DNA of 64,000 nucleotides. Source: Octopus sinensis. Lineage: Eukaryota. The stretch lies in contig NC_043006.1 in NCBI RefSeq assembly GCF_006345805.1, forward strand, positions 29,884,001-29,948,000, read 5' to 3'. The position numbers and the translations under genes were made by a program. This document shows positions 37,022 to 52,093 of the stretch, piece by piece. The notes beneath the pieces were generated by a model that did not search any database, was not told the origin of the DNA, and was given only the letters and a program-made list of their open reading frames with translations. Numbering within the stretch: position 1 is the stretch's first letter; every line of letters starts with the position of its first letter.

Positions 37022-37513
37022 CTCAAAACTCAGATATGAACAAAGAATTTCCAACTCGCAATTCTACGAGATGGCACCACCGTCGGCTTGACTCCATCCC
37101 AAAGATCATAAACTGTCTGCGACTAATCCGATGTGATGACTTCAAGAAATAGTTAATTCATTAATTGTCGATGCCAATTACTAAACGGATGCAACCGATT
37201 CTCTGAACCAACAATCATAACACTGCAAGAGAAGTGGCAGGAAACGAAAAGGTTAAATACAACATCAAGATGTCCATGTAAAGAATGTCTCTCACTTCAA
37301 TGGCTCTCTCTCCCTCATTCTCATTAATCCCAGTCTCTCTCCCTCCCTCCACCCCCTCTCTCTTTTCTCTCTCTTTTCTCCTCACCTTTTCTTTTCCTCT
37401 TATTGTTCTAAATATCAACTCCTCGCCGCCTTCTCTCTTTCTCTTCCTAGTTTTCTCTACTTTTTCATTTTCTTTACTTTCTCCTTACATAGACAAACTC
37501 CTCATCTCTCTCA

Positions 37514-37545
<32 letters not shown>

Positions 37546-37670
37546 GTTTCTCGCTCTCTCCTTCTCTCTCTCTCTGTCTCTCTCTCTCTGTCTCTCTCTC
37601 TCCTTATCTCTCTCTCTCTTTCTCTATATATACATGAGTGTGTATGTATATACATATGGATATGTGAGTG

Positions 37671-38450
<780 letters not shown>

Positions 38451-38498
38451 CCTATCCATATATATTCAGTACATACATAAATACCAACATGCATAAAT

Positions 38499-38724
38499 AT
38501 AAAAGGGGGGAGGGGCTGAAACGTTCCTGGTTTTTGAGTGAAAGAAAATAGAGGAGGATCAGTTAATCATGATTATATTCATCATATTTCCCTCTCAGGT
38601 TCACACACTTATTGCAGCGGTTCTTCAGTTTTTCTAAGCCCTGTAAAAGAATTCAGAAGGTTGGACCTCCGACTAGGCCTTTCGCGACACCCTTAAAGCC
38701 TAGAACTTTTCAGCATCCCTCGTA
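38499..38724. mobile_element. Mariner-derived MITE
   Basis: Right TIR AAAGCCTAGAACTTTTCAGCATCCCTCG-TA and a degenerate left TIR GGGGCTGAAACGTTCCTGG. Homologous to 11356-11542. Confidence 0.75.
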
Positions 38725-38756
38725 TACACATCTAAGGATAAAGCCATGTGTGTATG

Positions 38757-38860
38757 TCATTGTTCAATTGTATTTCAAGATTACTTGCCAATTAGAGAAA
38801 GAGCTGGTTTCTAACCTGGATCCAAGGCTCCGTCATTGAAATTTCATCGTCAGCAACAGG

Positions 38861-38891
<31 letters not shown>

Positions 38892-39322
38892 TGTATGTAT
38901 GTATGATGTATGTATGAATGTATGTATGCATGCATGCATGCATGCATGTATGTATGTATGTATGTATGTATGTATGTATGTATGTATGTATGCACGCATG
39001 CATGCATGCATGTATGTATGTATGTATGTATGTATGTATGTATGTATTATGTATGTATGTATGTATGTATACGTGCAGATTTTGTTTATGTATGTCTTCT
39101 CGTGCATATAGTTGCATATCTAGACATGCTCATATATACTTAAATGATAAACTTCTGGAAAGTTTTACAGATTTTTACAGTTCCAGTGATGGATTGGATC
39201 TGTAGTCTTCGAATTAGCTTTCTCCTTTCTGGTTTTGAGCAGCTTAATTTCTCAAGAGTGGTATTTAGGTAGTGTGTTACATATCCCAGGGCCCCAATAA
39301 TTACAGGTATAAACCTGAACTA
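38757..39322 (-). mobile_element. R4/Dong-clade RLE LINE 3' end, copy 3
   Basis: Same ORF end, internal (TATG)n and terminal module as copies 1 and 2. The 5' junction is in (TATG)n at 39323. Confidence 0.85.
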
Positions 39323-39936
39323 GTATGTATGTATGTATGTATGTATGTATGTATGTATGTATGTATGTATGCATGTGTCTCTTGCGAGCTTGTATCTGTT
39401 TGTATGCTCAAAAATTCCAAAAGAAACAGCTGCGGATCCATATATATTGTTCTTTAACGACTCATACTAAAGATTTCTATAAAATTGAGGTGTTTGAATT
39501 CCTCTCCTGAAATATTCGTAAACAGCTACAACCTACCAATATTTGTAAATTCTTCCACTCACACACACACACACTTGCTGTGAAACCACTCACGAAGTGG
39601 AGAAAAAGAGAATTCTGGAATACATACAAACTGATACAATAATCTCCTGAGGCATTACTCACAAGGCAAGACACTTGCTCTGTCTGGGAGTGATGCTTCC
39701 TGAGAAGCTTTTCCCATCTGTGCCCCATCCTCAGACAATGACATCAAATAAAGGGAAGTGTGATGAGAATCAGTGGGTCAAGTGAAAGTGGCGAAATACT
39801 GGTGTGGTTGCATAGAAAAGAATGTCGTTCGTTTGAGGCAGACAATGACCAAGAAATCGTGTTAAACCACCTCGAACCAACTGCGTTTCGGTGGACAAGC
39901 CAAGAGGCAAAAATACAAAATACATATAACAGATTA

Positions 39937-40379
39937 GGGATCTTTTCGGTTTGAACGGCAGTTTTTCTAGCGGTGTCATATGAAATTGTCACCCATAATT
40001 ATGACCCTAGTATCGATCCATTGCATTTCAATCTGTTTTAGGGTTAGGGTTAGTTAGGATTAGTTAGGGTTAGGGTTAGGGGTGGGGAGAAGGGTATCTT
40101 TTTTTCTTCACAAATGTAAATAAACCCAATCTGTTTCTTAAACGAGGGACATATTCATACGGCACAGAATGTTTTCACCTCAGTAGACGTCATTGATTGG
40201 TTGAAATTACAGAAAGTGAAGAAAAAAAACAACAATATCTTACAAACTTTAGAATTTTCTCAATAAAGCCAAGAGAAAAAGATGTTTTATAAACATATTC
40301 TACCAGTATACGAAGTTTAAAAGTGTTTAGTTACGTGGAAATTATTTTTAAAAACTACCGTTCAAACCGAAAAGATCCC
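39937..40379. mobile_element. MITE with 30-bp TIRs and internal TTAGGG repeats
   Basis: TIRs 39937-39966 and 40350-40379 match at 29/30. TTAGGG-like array at ~40038-40082. Confidence 0.9.
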
Positions 40380-40434
40380 AAATTAGATTCATGTATTTGA
40401 AACTATGACTTCACTTTGTCACATTTGTATGTCT

Positions 40435-40482
<48 letters not shown>

Positions 40483-41754
40483 TGTCTGTCTGTCTGTCTG
40501 TCTATGATGCATGTGTGTATACATGCGTGTCTGTGTGAGATAGATCATTTGACTATTGCTATTAGATACTCAGCTTATGAAACATTTGAAAGGCTCGGTG
40601 CGGAATATCTGTCTCGAAATAAAGAAACGAAACGCGTTACCTTCTGAAACCAAAAGAGAAATTCTAAAGAGAGAAATAGTTTTATGATTTTGTTCTGAAA
40701 ATCCTCTAACAGCAATCCAAATTTTGGTCATTACCGGAATTATTAAATAAGATTGGAGAATTATCACTGGAAAAAAGAAACAAATAAAATCAAAGTTATT
40801 GGACGTTTACGATAAAGTTTTCTTCTATCTAATTTGGACTGTATCGGTGTGGGTTGGCCAGTTTATCACAGTATTCTGTTACAGTGAGTAGGAAAAGCTA
40901 TATTAATATATAATCACTAATTAATGTAGCAAGTGTTAAAAAGACTTCTTATGGTGATGAATTCATAGGCCAACGTTATCAGTGTTGTTTGTTTTCGTTT
41001 ATCAATTCAATTTTTGCTGTAAGAAAAAAAAAACTTCTCGTAATATAAGCAAATCTTTCTTGTCATTCAAAGAATCTATCTATAAATGTAACTAACAATA
41101 ACTGGTTGTCTCTTTTATGACACATTCTTGTGAAATTCGTGCCGATGATGTAGTCTGAAAATGTTGGAATATTTTCCCGAAATAGTTCTGCTTCTATTTA
41201 CTGCATGCTCTTTATTAATATCTAAAATGAGCTCAATGATTAAGAATACAGAAAATGTTGATTGGGGGCGAACTGTGCAGTTTTATTTATTCTCGTTTAT
41301 TTTCATACGCTGCTGTTTATAGGAAGATGTCGTTGTAGCCCGGAGCTTATCGCAGTTTTCGAAAATGTTTAGCAGTTAAAGAAGAGATTCCACTCCTGGA
41401 CTGGACATAGTTTATCACAGAAAGGTTTTTTTGTTTGTTTTTGCTTCTTTTCTTTTTTTTGTTTCTGCTTTTGTTTTTTCAAAGGTAAACATTTGATCTC
41501 AGCGCTTCAAGAAAACGAATCATAAAATGTAGAGTAAATCCACGAGTTTTCAAAATGGTGAAACTTTTCAAGTGACCCGTTATTCGTGATTGTCTATAAG
41601 GCTTACCCCCAGCCTCATTGAGGGACTCAAGCATGGTTTAATGGGCGGCGCTTGATACTGTGCACTCGCTGAACTATCATCCCGTCCACTCAATCACAGA
41701 TACAAAGATATCTCAAAGTTGGATTCTTTCGACATGGTGGATCCAGGATGGCAA

Positions 41755-41900
41755 GATGGTCAATCGGCAGTGTCATTAGAATGTCAGTTTGGTCAGTGTT
41801 GATCGTTCCAGTCCCTTATGCTCTGAGTTCAAATGCTACCGAGATCAACTTTGCCTTTCATTATCCTTTCGGGGTCGATAAATAAAGTATCATCCCAGTA
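41755..41900 (+). mobile_element. Degenerate CORE-type SINE
   Basis: CTCTGAGTTCAAAT...CAACTTTGCCTTTCAT...CCTTTCGGGGTCGATAAA. Confidence 0.7.
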
Positions 41901-42837
41901 TTGAAGTCCATCCCCCTCTCCTTCCCCCTCTATCCATCTCACCCCCTTCTCCCTGTCTCTCTTCCCTTCTCCCCACCCTCTCTGTTTATAGAAAGAATCA
42001 GCAGTGGTCAGATCTAAAGAGGAATGGGTTCTGCCAGGTCTCGAAACGGTCTCTTCGGCTCCATCAAAAAGTTAAGGACTCGTGGCATGGTTTGACATCC
42101 AGAATGGTATTATCTAAAGTATCATTCTCTTTCTAAGACACTAAAGTGTTGTTGAAAGGAGATTTAGCTTCTCTTTCTAGCATTTAATTTGATAGTGTGG
42201 ATGCTCCCTCGTTGATTCTTCTTCCAATTATTTTCTGCCAATGTTGAAAATCAGGACTAAAATCTCTGTCTATGACATATACAGATGCATAGAAATGGAT
42301 CTCCATTGGTTCTGACGATATTGGCTCAGTTGTTCAATCAACTGAACTGGCTGAGTATTCCACGGACGCATGGGTTCTAGGCAGAACCCACAAGAGTAAA
42401 AAAGAGAGACAAAGACAGACTGAAAAAAGGATAATGTCCCTTGCATTTGAAAACTATGGAAATATTTTTAAAAACATTTCATTTAATTTTTCCACAATTT
42501 ATTTGTTTTTTATGCTTTACAAGTTGAAAAAGTCGCAAAGACTGAAAGCGATAGTAAAATGTTCTTCATGATAAAATTATTTTAGCATTTTCTACCTTGA
42601 CTTATTTTCCTTATACATATCAACTCGTGTGTTCCTTTTTAACTTTCTACATAAATACATACATACATACAAACATACATACATACATACATACATACAT
42701 ACATACATACATACATACATACATACATACACGCACGCACGCACACACACACACACACACACATACATACATACATACATACATACATACATACATACAT
42801 ACATACATACATACATACATACATACATACATACATA

Positions 42838-43030
42838 AGATTATCTTGACGGCCATACCACAGCCATACCAGATCCAAAAAATATCCATACCTTTCAAGA
42901 TAAAGAATATTGGTGGAACAATCCAATGAAAACAGCAACCTGCTGTAAGCAGAATAGACCATATATTGTTCTATGGGACAGGTAGCAAGAATCACAGAAT
43001 ATTCTAGAGATCAGATGCGAGTATCTCATC
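42838..43030 (+). mobile_element. R4-type RLE fragment directly after (CATA)n, copy 4
   Basis: DKEYWWNNPMKTATCCKQNRPYIVLWDR, homologous to KKEYWWNVPVKTSVKCKHNGPGIMIWDR. Confidence 0.7.
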
Positions 43031-43249
43031 AGAAATCGGGAAGAACATCAATGAAGAACGAATAAAAAACTTGCAGTTGTTATAGCTAGCCTTTAGGTTT
43101 CCATTTATTCGTATTGTCAGAGATGCTCCGGGTTACGTAACAACAGATCAACATAAAAACATGGAAATACTAGAGTCCTCCAAGAAAAAGATAAAGCAAA
43201 TTGATTCATATTCTCCAAACACAATCGTGAAAATTTGCAAAACATTCCA

Positions 43250-43950
43250 GTTATTTTCCATTTCAGAATTAGGAAACTACTCGCAATGCACAAAAAGCAC
43301 CACTCTAAAAGTAACACCGACAGACTCTACTTATCAGGAAAGACGGGGGCAGAGGGTCGCTAAACGCAGAAGACACTGTTAGTACTGTGCGGAGGTTGTA
43401 CGTTGTGAATAAAGAATACTTCGGTGGCTTGGAATAACTAAAAAGTTGCTGAAACAGTTGAAGAGTACAAGAACAGAAGGAAGAACAACAGAATAAGTAA
43501 CTGAAAAGAGAAGGAATTACACGACTAATTCATGCAAGAAACCGATGATGTTGGAAATAAAGAACGCTGGTGATGGCTAACGGACGGAATCTAAAACGAG
43601 AAGTCGAATCGCTAATTATAGCCGTTCAAGAAGAAACCATTCGAATGAATTTGATAAAGGCAAAGATTAATAAAAGTCAAATAGCAAACGCAGAATCTGT
43701 GAGAAAGGAGATGAAAGTATTAACCATCTCTTAAATGAATGCAAGAAACTAACTCAAAAAGTGTATAGGCACAGACCTGAATGGTTAAAAGAATGCATTG
43801 GAATGTTAGCCAAGGGTGTAGATTCAAAGTGACAGAAAAGTGGTATGAACACAAGCTGGAGACTGATGGTGAATAAAAATTAGAGGATTTTATGGAATTT
43901 CCCCATAAAGGACTGGCCATACTATTGAAGCAAGTAGATTGTAATAACTT
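43250..43950 (+). mobile_element. Second, more divergent R4-clade RLE LINE family relic
   Basis: SNTDRLYLSRK, LKREVESLIIAVQEETIR, knuckle-like RICEKGDESINHLLNEC and KWYEHK motifs across frameshifts. Confidence 0.75.
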
Positions 43951-43964
43951 TCTAATAATAATGG

Positions 43965-44157
43965 GTTTTGGTTTAAGCAAAAGGCCAGCAATTCGATCCC
44001 AGTACTTGATCGGTACCGAACCATTTTACCATCGGAGGGTTGAAAGACAAAGTTGACCTAGTCAGAATTTGAACTCGGAATTCAGAACCTAAAGAGATAA
44101 AAAGAAATACCACAAGGCAGTTTCCTAACGCTCAAATGGTTCTGCCATGCTACCGCC

Positions 44158-44159
<2 letters not shown>
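43965..44159 (-). mobile_element. Degenerate CORE-type SINE
   Basis: Minus strand AAGGCGGTAGCATGGCAGAACC...GAGTTCAAATTCTG...GGTCAACTTTGTCTTTCA. Confidence 0.7.
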
Positions 44160-44217
<58 letters not shown>

Positions 44218-44257
44218 TAATAATAATAATAATAAAATTATAATAATAATAATAATG

Positions 44258-44291
<34 letters not shown>

Positions 44292-44338
44292 CAACAACAA
44301 CAACAACAACAATAATAATGATGATGATGATGATGATG

Positions 44339-44388
<50 letters not shown>
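44159..44388. repeat. (AAT)n with (AAC)n and (GAT)n blocks
   Basis: Read directly. Confidence 0.95.
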
Positions 44389-45586
44389 CCAATGCCTGCC
44401 ATAAATGACACCCTGAGGATTTCTCACAAAGCAGTAAGAACAATTTATCAGAAGTGGATCTAGTTTGGAATAATTTTTACCAGTAGAGTCACTCCTAACT
44501 AAGACCATTATCAGGTATCAATATTCGCCGATATGACATATTTTGACACTTTTTTTATAACGTCATTTTTCTTTGTTTAGATTGAACTCTGAAATTTCCC
44601 AGACACTACCCATAATCTTAAGCCGCTTAACAAGTCCCGATGGTATTGAATAGAAAAAGATACGACCTACATTTATGTATCTGTTCCTCGTATGAACGCG
44701 TTTCCCGACAGCCATTGCATAGAGTCTTTCGCGTTGGAATTAGTGGAATGTTAAATTCTTCTCGTCCTTTGTAGTAAATATCTTATATGAAACTATTTCT
44801 TTCTGGGTGTTGTTGACAAGCAATTCCCACAGGTTAAATAAACGTTATCCATTTTCAAGACACATCTCTGCTATCATTTTGTTTCTGTTTTGAATAATAT
44901 TTATTAAAAAAATATGCTATAGTGTTAAGAGATATTTTGAAACGCCTTTTTCTGTCTCTTCTGTCTCTTCTTTACCCCAACTTTTCTTCTTTCTCCACTA
45001 GTTCTTTCCATCTTCTGAAGTTGCCCAAAATTAGCAAAACATAAATTTAAAACACAACAACAAAACAAAACCCAGCATTGAATTCAGTAATTATAATAAA
45101 TCTGTTAAAGCTATCTTTTGACACAGATGATAGTCATTAAAAATAGCATACAACATCAACATCTTTCAAATATCGTTTTAATAACGAAAGGTTCGCTATA
45201 TCAAATCCTGCCAGCAGCTCTGTGGTATGTCCCTCACAAAGGCGCTTCAGTTTCAATGTTCACTAATCCATCAAGGTGTCATAGAAGAAAACGGACAACT
45301 TACTGTAATCTTTGATGTGAGAGAATCAGATGATTGACGAATGTTTGTTCTATTTAAGCGTCCCCCACGTAACCCGACTCTATGATAAACAAACATTCAA
45401 GTTACGTGGCTATTTTTCTGTAACGGCAGAATATACTTCGATTTGGTTCAGAGAGGAACAAAAGCCTGTATGAAAAATTCCAAGCACAAAATATTTATTA
45501 TCGTTAACCAAAATGTATTGAAATTGTAACGAATGACAGAGAAAATATATTTAAGCCAAGTGAAGCAATCTAGCAGTTTGTGTGAG

Positions 45587-45643
<57 letters not shown>

Positions 45644-45646
45644 CGT

Positions 45647-45714
<68 letters not shown>

Positions 45715-47096
45715 CAGCAATGATAGGAGACTGTAGCAGTCGCTGAATTGTGTAGCCGACGTTGAGTTACATACGTTCGTGTGGCTATCGGTCTTGATTA
45801 GGCTGCAACAGCTGCCATCATCGTTGCTTGGCCGAAATCGAGAGGTTTAAATTCGTGCACCTAGCCGGCTTAAGTTGTGTCATGACCACTGCCATTTACC
45901 GGACAAACAACCCATATATACATAATGGATGTGAAAGAAAAGGCGCTAAAAACAAATTGTTAATAACATCCTATTTCTACCAGACATTTGATTGATCAGT
46001 TGTTTGCTGACGTCATCAACCTTTGATAGAATCCTATTCGTGTTGCTTAGTTGTCTAGAAATCTGAACAGTAATCCGAGTGCCATTCATAGGCAGTGAGT
46101 TGATATTTGGGATCCTGCTAAATATTCATGAAATATTTATTTCAATTACTTTCAGTATAAGTAAGCACTCAAGATGGAAGATAAATGAATGTCTATTAAA
46201 CATGAATCAGGATATGAGTTCGTATTTCATCATAAGTTATATATTGATCTCTTAGATAAGGTATTTGAGATAATATCTCCTCTATCACAATCTAGTGTAT
46301 TATTTGGCACGACTGAAGACCTCGTTATCATATATTGATTCGAGGGTGTATTTCTGTCGCTTCTTCAAGATCATGGACTAATATCTTCTCACTGCAACCT
46401 AATCTTAACCTTCATCAACTGCACAGCACTTCAGTACAATTTTCGTGTGTACTTTCACATGGAGGGTTTTTTTACGGTGAAATAGATCTGTCGTGTAATA
46501 GTAAAGCACCTTTATCGAAAAAACAATTAAGAGGGATATAATGTGATGTGTTTGGCTGATTAGGCAGCACAACATCCCCACAATCAGATATAAACCTTAT
46601 CTCTCTACTGTTGCCACTATAAATATAGAGTCGTAGCTGACAGAAGCTAATGGTCGAGGAGTCATGGTCCGTATAACGTCACCGGCACAGGTGCAGTGTC
46701 CAAGACCAACATACTTTACTTTCTTTTGAGCCAAGTCCACCTGGTTAGCAATATATACCATGAATGTGGAGAGTTGACAGCATCAAAGATTGAAAACACT
46801 GTATAATGTAACAGAGTTTCATTAGCTTGTGATACTAAGATGTTGGCTATACAGTGACCCAGCTGGAGATTAAACAGCCTGAGTGGGTGGGGGTGGGGTG
46901 CTTGCTGTTCTTCGTTCCTACGAAAAATGCAGTATGACATACGTCAAAATGCCGCCGCCTGGAGCAAACCACCATTTTGGACTTTCTTTAGTTAAGATAA
47001 TGTGACCGTGACAGAAACGTTTACACCACAGAATATTTATATACACGCATGTAAGCACAATCAAAAATTCACACATACATGCGTAAATAGAGAGAG

Positions 47097-47278
47097 GGGA
47101 AGAGGAGGAGGAAGAGGAAGAGGAAGAGGAAGAGGAAGAAGAGGAGGAAGAAGAAGAAAAAGAAGAAGAAGAAGAGGAAGAAGAAGAAGAAGATGAAGAA
47201 GAAGAAGAAGAAGAAGAAGAAGAAGAGAAGAAGAAGAAGAAGAAGAAGAAGAAGAAGATGAAGAAGAAGAAGAAGAAG

Positions 47279-47308
<30 letters not shown>
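47097..47308. repeat. (GAG)n/(GAA)n purine tract
   Basis: Read directly. Confidence 0.95.
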
Positions 47309-47309
<1 letters not shown>

Positions 47310-48839
47310 TGTTTAAAGTTTACAGCTTCCTCATGGGAGAATTTTAAAAATCCAAACAACTTTCTTGTCAACAACACATCATGACAGCCATTGGTAACAA
47401 CAACAACAACAACAATAATAATAGCGTTTGTAGGATAAAGACGGTTCTGTTATGGTTTTGTTTCATGATTCTCAAGATAATAACCGTATGTTGTATATCC
47501 GGAAGCCAGCGCAAAAGTGATAGAAAGTTATTCTAAAAAAGAATATGTCATTATATTAGGTAGGGTAGCGATGTAACCGCTATTTGGGACATACATGTGT
47601 CCACACATTCAAAGACAAGCACGCACGCACACACACACTCTCACAAACACACACATACACACTCACACGCATGCACGCACACACACACACACATACATAC
47701 ATACATACATACATACATACATACATACATACATACATACATACATACATACATACATAATACATAGAAGTACAGAAAGAAGAAGGCCATCTTTGCACTA
47801 TTTATGAAACAACCACCAAGATGGAAAAAGCTAAAAAATCTTTTATCAAAATCCCACTTCTCGCGACAGATTGCAGACATGTTCCTATCCGATAGCAACG
47901 CCCTTTGACCAAAACCTGCCGATAAGAATTCTTAATATAATAACGGGGCATCCTTCTCTCAGACACGACTCACTTTATATCTAAACATGTCTTGTGTTCT
48001 TCACTATTTTGACATTGCTATCATTTCCTGTTTTCTTCATTCTTATCCAAAATTATACAATTTTCTCACCCTCCACCAAATAAATATTCCCTTCGGCTAA
48101 GAAAATAGGTTTTTGTGTTTGTTTGTTTGTTTGTTTGTTTGTTTTGGTTGTTTTAGTTCTTATTTTTATTTATTTATTGTCACTATAGAATAAAATTAAA
48201 AAAGATCTTACAGTGTTTTCTTTTTATTAATCTTTATTTTCTAAGTTTTAGCTTGGGAGATGAGAAAGTGTAATATCCATAATATTTCCAGTTGAGCCTT
48301 CGGGCAAATGAGGGATACGAAAGAGTAAGAAAAGAAAAATCTAATGAAGAGATACTTCAAGCTTTGAGCATAAAAAAAAGGTAAGTAAAAACGATTCAGT
48401 CAAAGGAACTAAAGTATTTAAGCTCAAAGCAATGATACAAATATACAAACTTTGGAGACATAATTCTGTTGGCTATGACCGTCAAGGCAGGTTGGACATT
48501 CGTGATCCACAGTAAATAAAAGATAAACAAATTATTTTTTACGTTGGATCTCAAGCGAGGCTAATATTCTAACAAAGCTGAAACAGTTAGCAAATAGCAT
48601 GGCCGGTCATTAAACAGAAGTATAGGTGCACTCAAAAAATAATTCAACAGACATCTCAAGCAATTCCTGGATAAATTTTGTAACAAGTATTTACAGAAAA
48701 CTATCTGTTGGAGAACCTTTAATATTCCGAGCAAGTTCTCCAATAAAATATAGTTCATGTGCCTTGTTGAAACGTTTAAATACCATTGTGATGAAGAAAA
48801 AAACTGAAATAATAATCCTTCGGGTTTCTTTTTGTATGA

Positions 48840-49450
48840 AACTCAGAGCTCTTTGCATTTAACAAGACTTAAGTCTCACAATGCTTTTGCAGTGCCCGTG
48901 CTAGTACCAACATTTGGGATATTGGACTGGACATTCAATGAAATAGGCAACCTGGACATCAAAACCAGACAGGTACTAGCTACCACAGGCAATTTCCACA
49001 TGTGGAAGATATCACCCACATCCTCAGTATCTGCCCCAAAATGTCTACGAGATACTATCTGTCCTTGAGGCATGATATAGTTGCAAAGACTATTTACAAT
49101 GCTATCCGAAAGAAGGACTGCCGTGATATATAACATCAAAAACATGTCGGGACCAGCAGATATTCACACCTTTAAAAACAAGTATTCCTTATTGAACATC
49201 CCAATAAAAACATCAATTTGATGCAAATATAACAGACCTGATATTCTTCTGCAGGGCAGGGAACAAAAGCTATGCAGTGTTGTAGAAGCCAGCTGCCCAA
49301 CGGATGTGAATGTACAATCGAAAGTCCAGGAAAAGAGTATGTTTATGGTGAATTAATGCGGAACTTACATCACTGTACCTTGACTATGGATTCTCATTTG
49401 CACCTATCATCGGTGGATGTATTAGGTTGTGTACCTATTAGTTTTAGCAA
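48840..49450 (+). mobile_element. R4/Dong-clade LINE relic with internal deletion, copy 5
   Basis: NAFAVPVLVPTFGILDWT...TGNFH is fused directly to VEDITHILSICPKMSTRYYLSLRHDIVAK. Confidence 0.8.
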
Positions 49451-50689
49451 AGTTTCTATTGAAATTGGAAAATATTCGATAAAGTCTACTATATTAATCT
49501 TGTTTTTTAAAAAATCAATAACCTGAATGTACGACATATTCTTTGTTCTATATTGAAAGTTTGTAATTAAATGAATCCTTACTGGTTATACTTCTCTATT
49601 CCTCTGGGTGTTTTCGTTACTTCTGACTGTTGTAGTTCTAAGAACGTTAATTCCTATGCGCTCCACCGACTTTAAATTAGATAATGTTGGTTGTTTTTTG
49701 ACATCAAGCAAACGGTTAAATTACGGTATAGAATTAATATTTTCGCTTTGTGGTTTCAGATAATGACATCGAATCGATTCTATCAGAGGCAATCACTATT
49801 TCCAATAAAGTAGGCTCCAAACTGGCGCACGGATGATAACCCAGTAGAGAAATGAAAGGTAAAGTTAATATTGACAAGTTTCATGCATAGAGCAATAATT
49901 AGTTAATCATAAATAATTTTACTACGCGGGGAAAATGACATTCGTCAATAACTAATATTATTTTCATGTTTGTAGCAAATGTGGGAAGATAATTACGAAT
50001 AGGTTTCGGTCTTATTCTCACTTCACCAGCCGAGCTTGTCTTTTGCCGTATTTGTTGAAATAATGATGAAACAACTGCTAAATAAATATACAAGATTATA
50101 TAAATAGATTTATAAATAACTTAAGTGGTGTATATAGGCGATAATCTTTAAGAAATGGATTGGGGTTTTTTGGCAAAACAATCTTGCAGACAATTTTCAG
50201 AGATAAAAAAATATTCTTCTTTTCGAGTTGGCGTAAAATTATGAGAGACTAAAACAGTATCTGGGAATGAATTGCTCTGAACTAACAGATTATATTAGAA
50301 AGTAGACAAAATGAAAATGTTGCTAGAAAATTATATAAATGCATACGAATCTAGAAGGTGATAAACAAACACTCAACTATGAGTGCATAGCAGAAACAGC
50401 TGTAAGCAAATGAAGGCCATTACATAATTTCTTGTGTACCTTGTCAGTTATTTAATCGCATATTACTGCTCTGTACTCGATATATATAAATATATGATGT
50501 AGCGTGAAACGATCGTACCAAATTACCGAAGTTATTCTTGCTGCTTATTTTTTATTATAATCACCCCATAGATTTATATGGATAACACCATACAAAATTC
50601 TGGTGCATCTAACTTAAGTACCATATTCATTTGAATCTAAATTTTGCTGAACTTATATATATATATATATATATATATAAAAGTTTAGC

Positions 50690-51140
<451 letters not shown>

Positions 51141-51144
51141 AGAT

Positions 51145-51520
51145 ATTATTAAATTAGAGATAAAACCACTATTAGGCAAATCAAACAATGAAAAACTTAA
51201 GCCAATACATAAAATTAATTAATTTATATTATTTTAAATATATATCAAAAGTATTAAAAGTTTAATAAAAGATAATGAGTAAAACACTACGATCGTTTCA
51301 TGGCTGTCCAATTCGTAATAATTCGAGTTATGGTTACAGTCAATCTTCAGGTAATTGAAATATTTATCTTAGCGAGGTTTAGCAATGAACTCTAATTTAA
51401 TAATGTAATAATCTCTAATTTAATATAATATAATATTTTACTATAAAATTGGATTCAATCCTAAATCTGATTTTTCCCTGTAAGTTTGGATTTATTCCCT
51501 AATATTTTATTATTAATTTA
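51145..51520 (-). mobile_element. Non-autonomous Penelope-like element (family of 26072-26545)
   Basis: Same spacer and arm in the opposite orientation, with the inverted arm largely absent. Flanked by (TA)n. Confidence 0.75.
51285..51354 (-). ncRNA. Type I hammerhead with canonical core and long stem II
   Basis: UUAC-CUGAAGA-U-UGACUGU...ACAGCCA-U-GAAACGAUCGU-A-GUG. Stem III is the 8-nt palindrome ACGAUCGU. Confidence 0.6.
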
Positions 51521-51528
51521 TATATATA

Positions 51529-51574
<46 letters not shown>

Positions 51575-52056
51575 TACACACACACATACACACAAATGCA
51601 TATAGGCCGGTTCTATTTGAATATGGTATTCAATAGGATTCTTACTTCGAGTCGTAAACATCCTTTCTCCGACTTCTCACCTAAATAGCAACGCACAGAC
51701 CTTTCGTCTTTGCTACGGATAGATGTTGCTCTGGCTTCATTTGATGTTTTGAGTGTGGATAGGGTTTCTTGAACATACTTCCATATAGCCACATATTTTG
51801 CTTGTTTATGCAAAGGATCTGAAAGAGACATTGTCACAATTATTCTTTCTTTCTTTCCTTTTACTGTTTCATTACGAGGTGATATTACATCAGCAACGAC
51901 GCATGTCTAGTGTGTACCCAGCCATTAAAAAAAGCCACATAAAGTCGTGTTCTTACACTTGTCTTATAGTATCTGCCACATTTCTCAACTTAAAGACAAT
52001 TCTTTTAACATTCTCTCTCCCTCTCCCTCTCTCTGCTCTTCTCTCTCTTCTTCCTT

Positions 52057-52093
<37 letters not shown>

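Noticed and set aside
40038-40082. TTAGGG array as a chromosome end or fusion scar
   Set aside because: It is short, degenerate and enclosed by MITE TIRs.
48292-48386. Apparent 89-nt exon with CAG acceptor and AAG|GTAAGT donor
   Set aside because: The translation and flanks (AWEMRKC, KSNEEILQAL, TIQSKELKYL) resemble the RTE LINE thumb region, so it is more likely a LINE relic.
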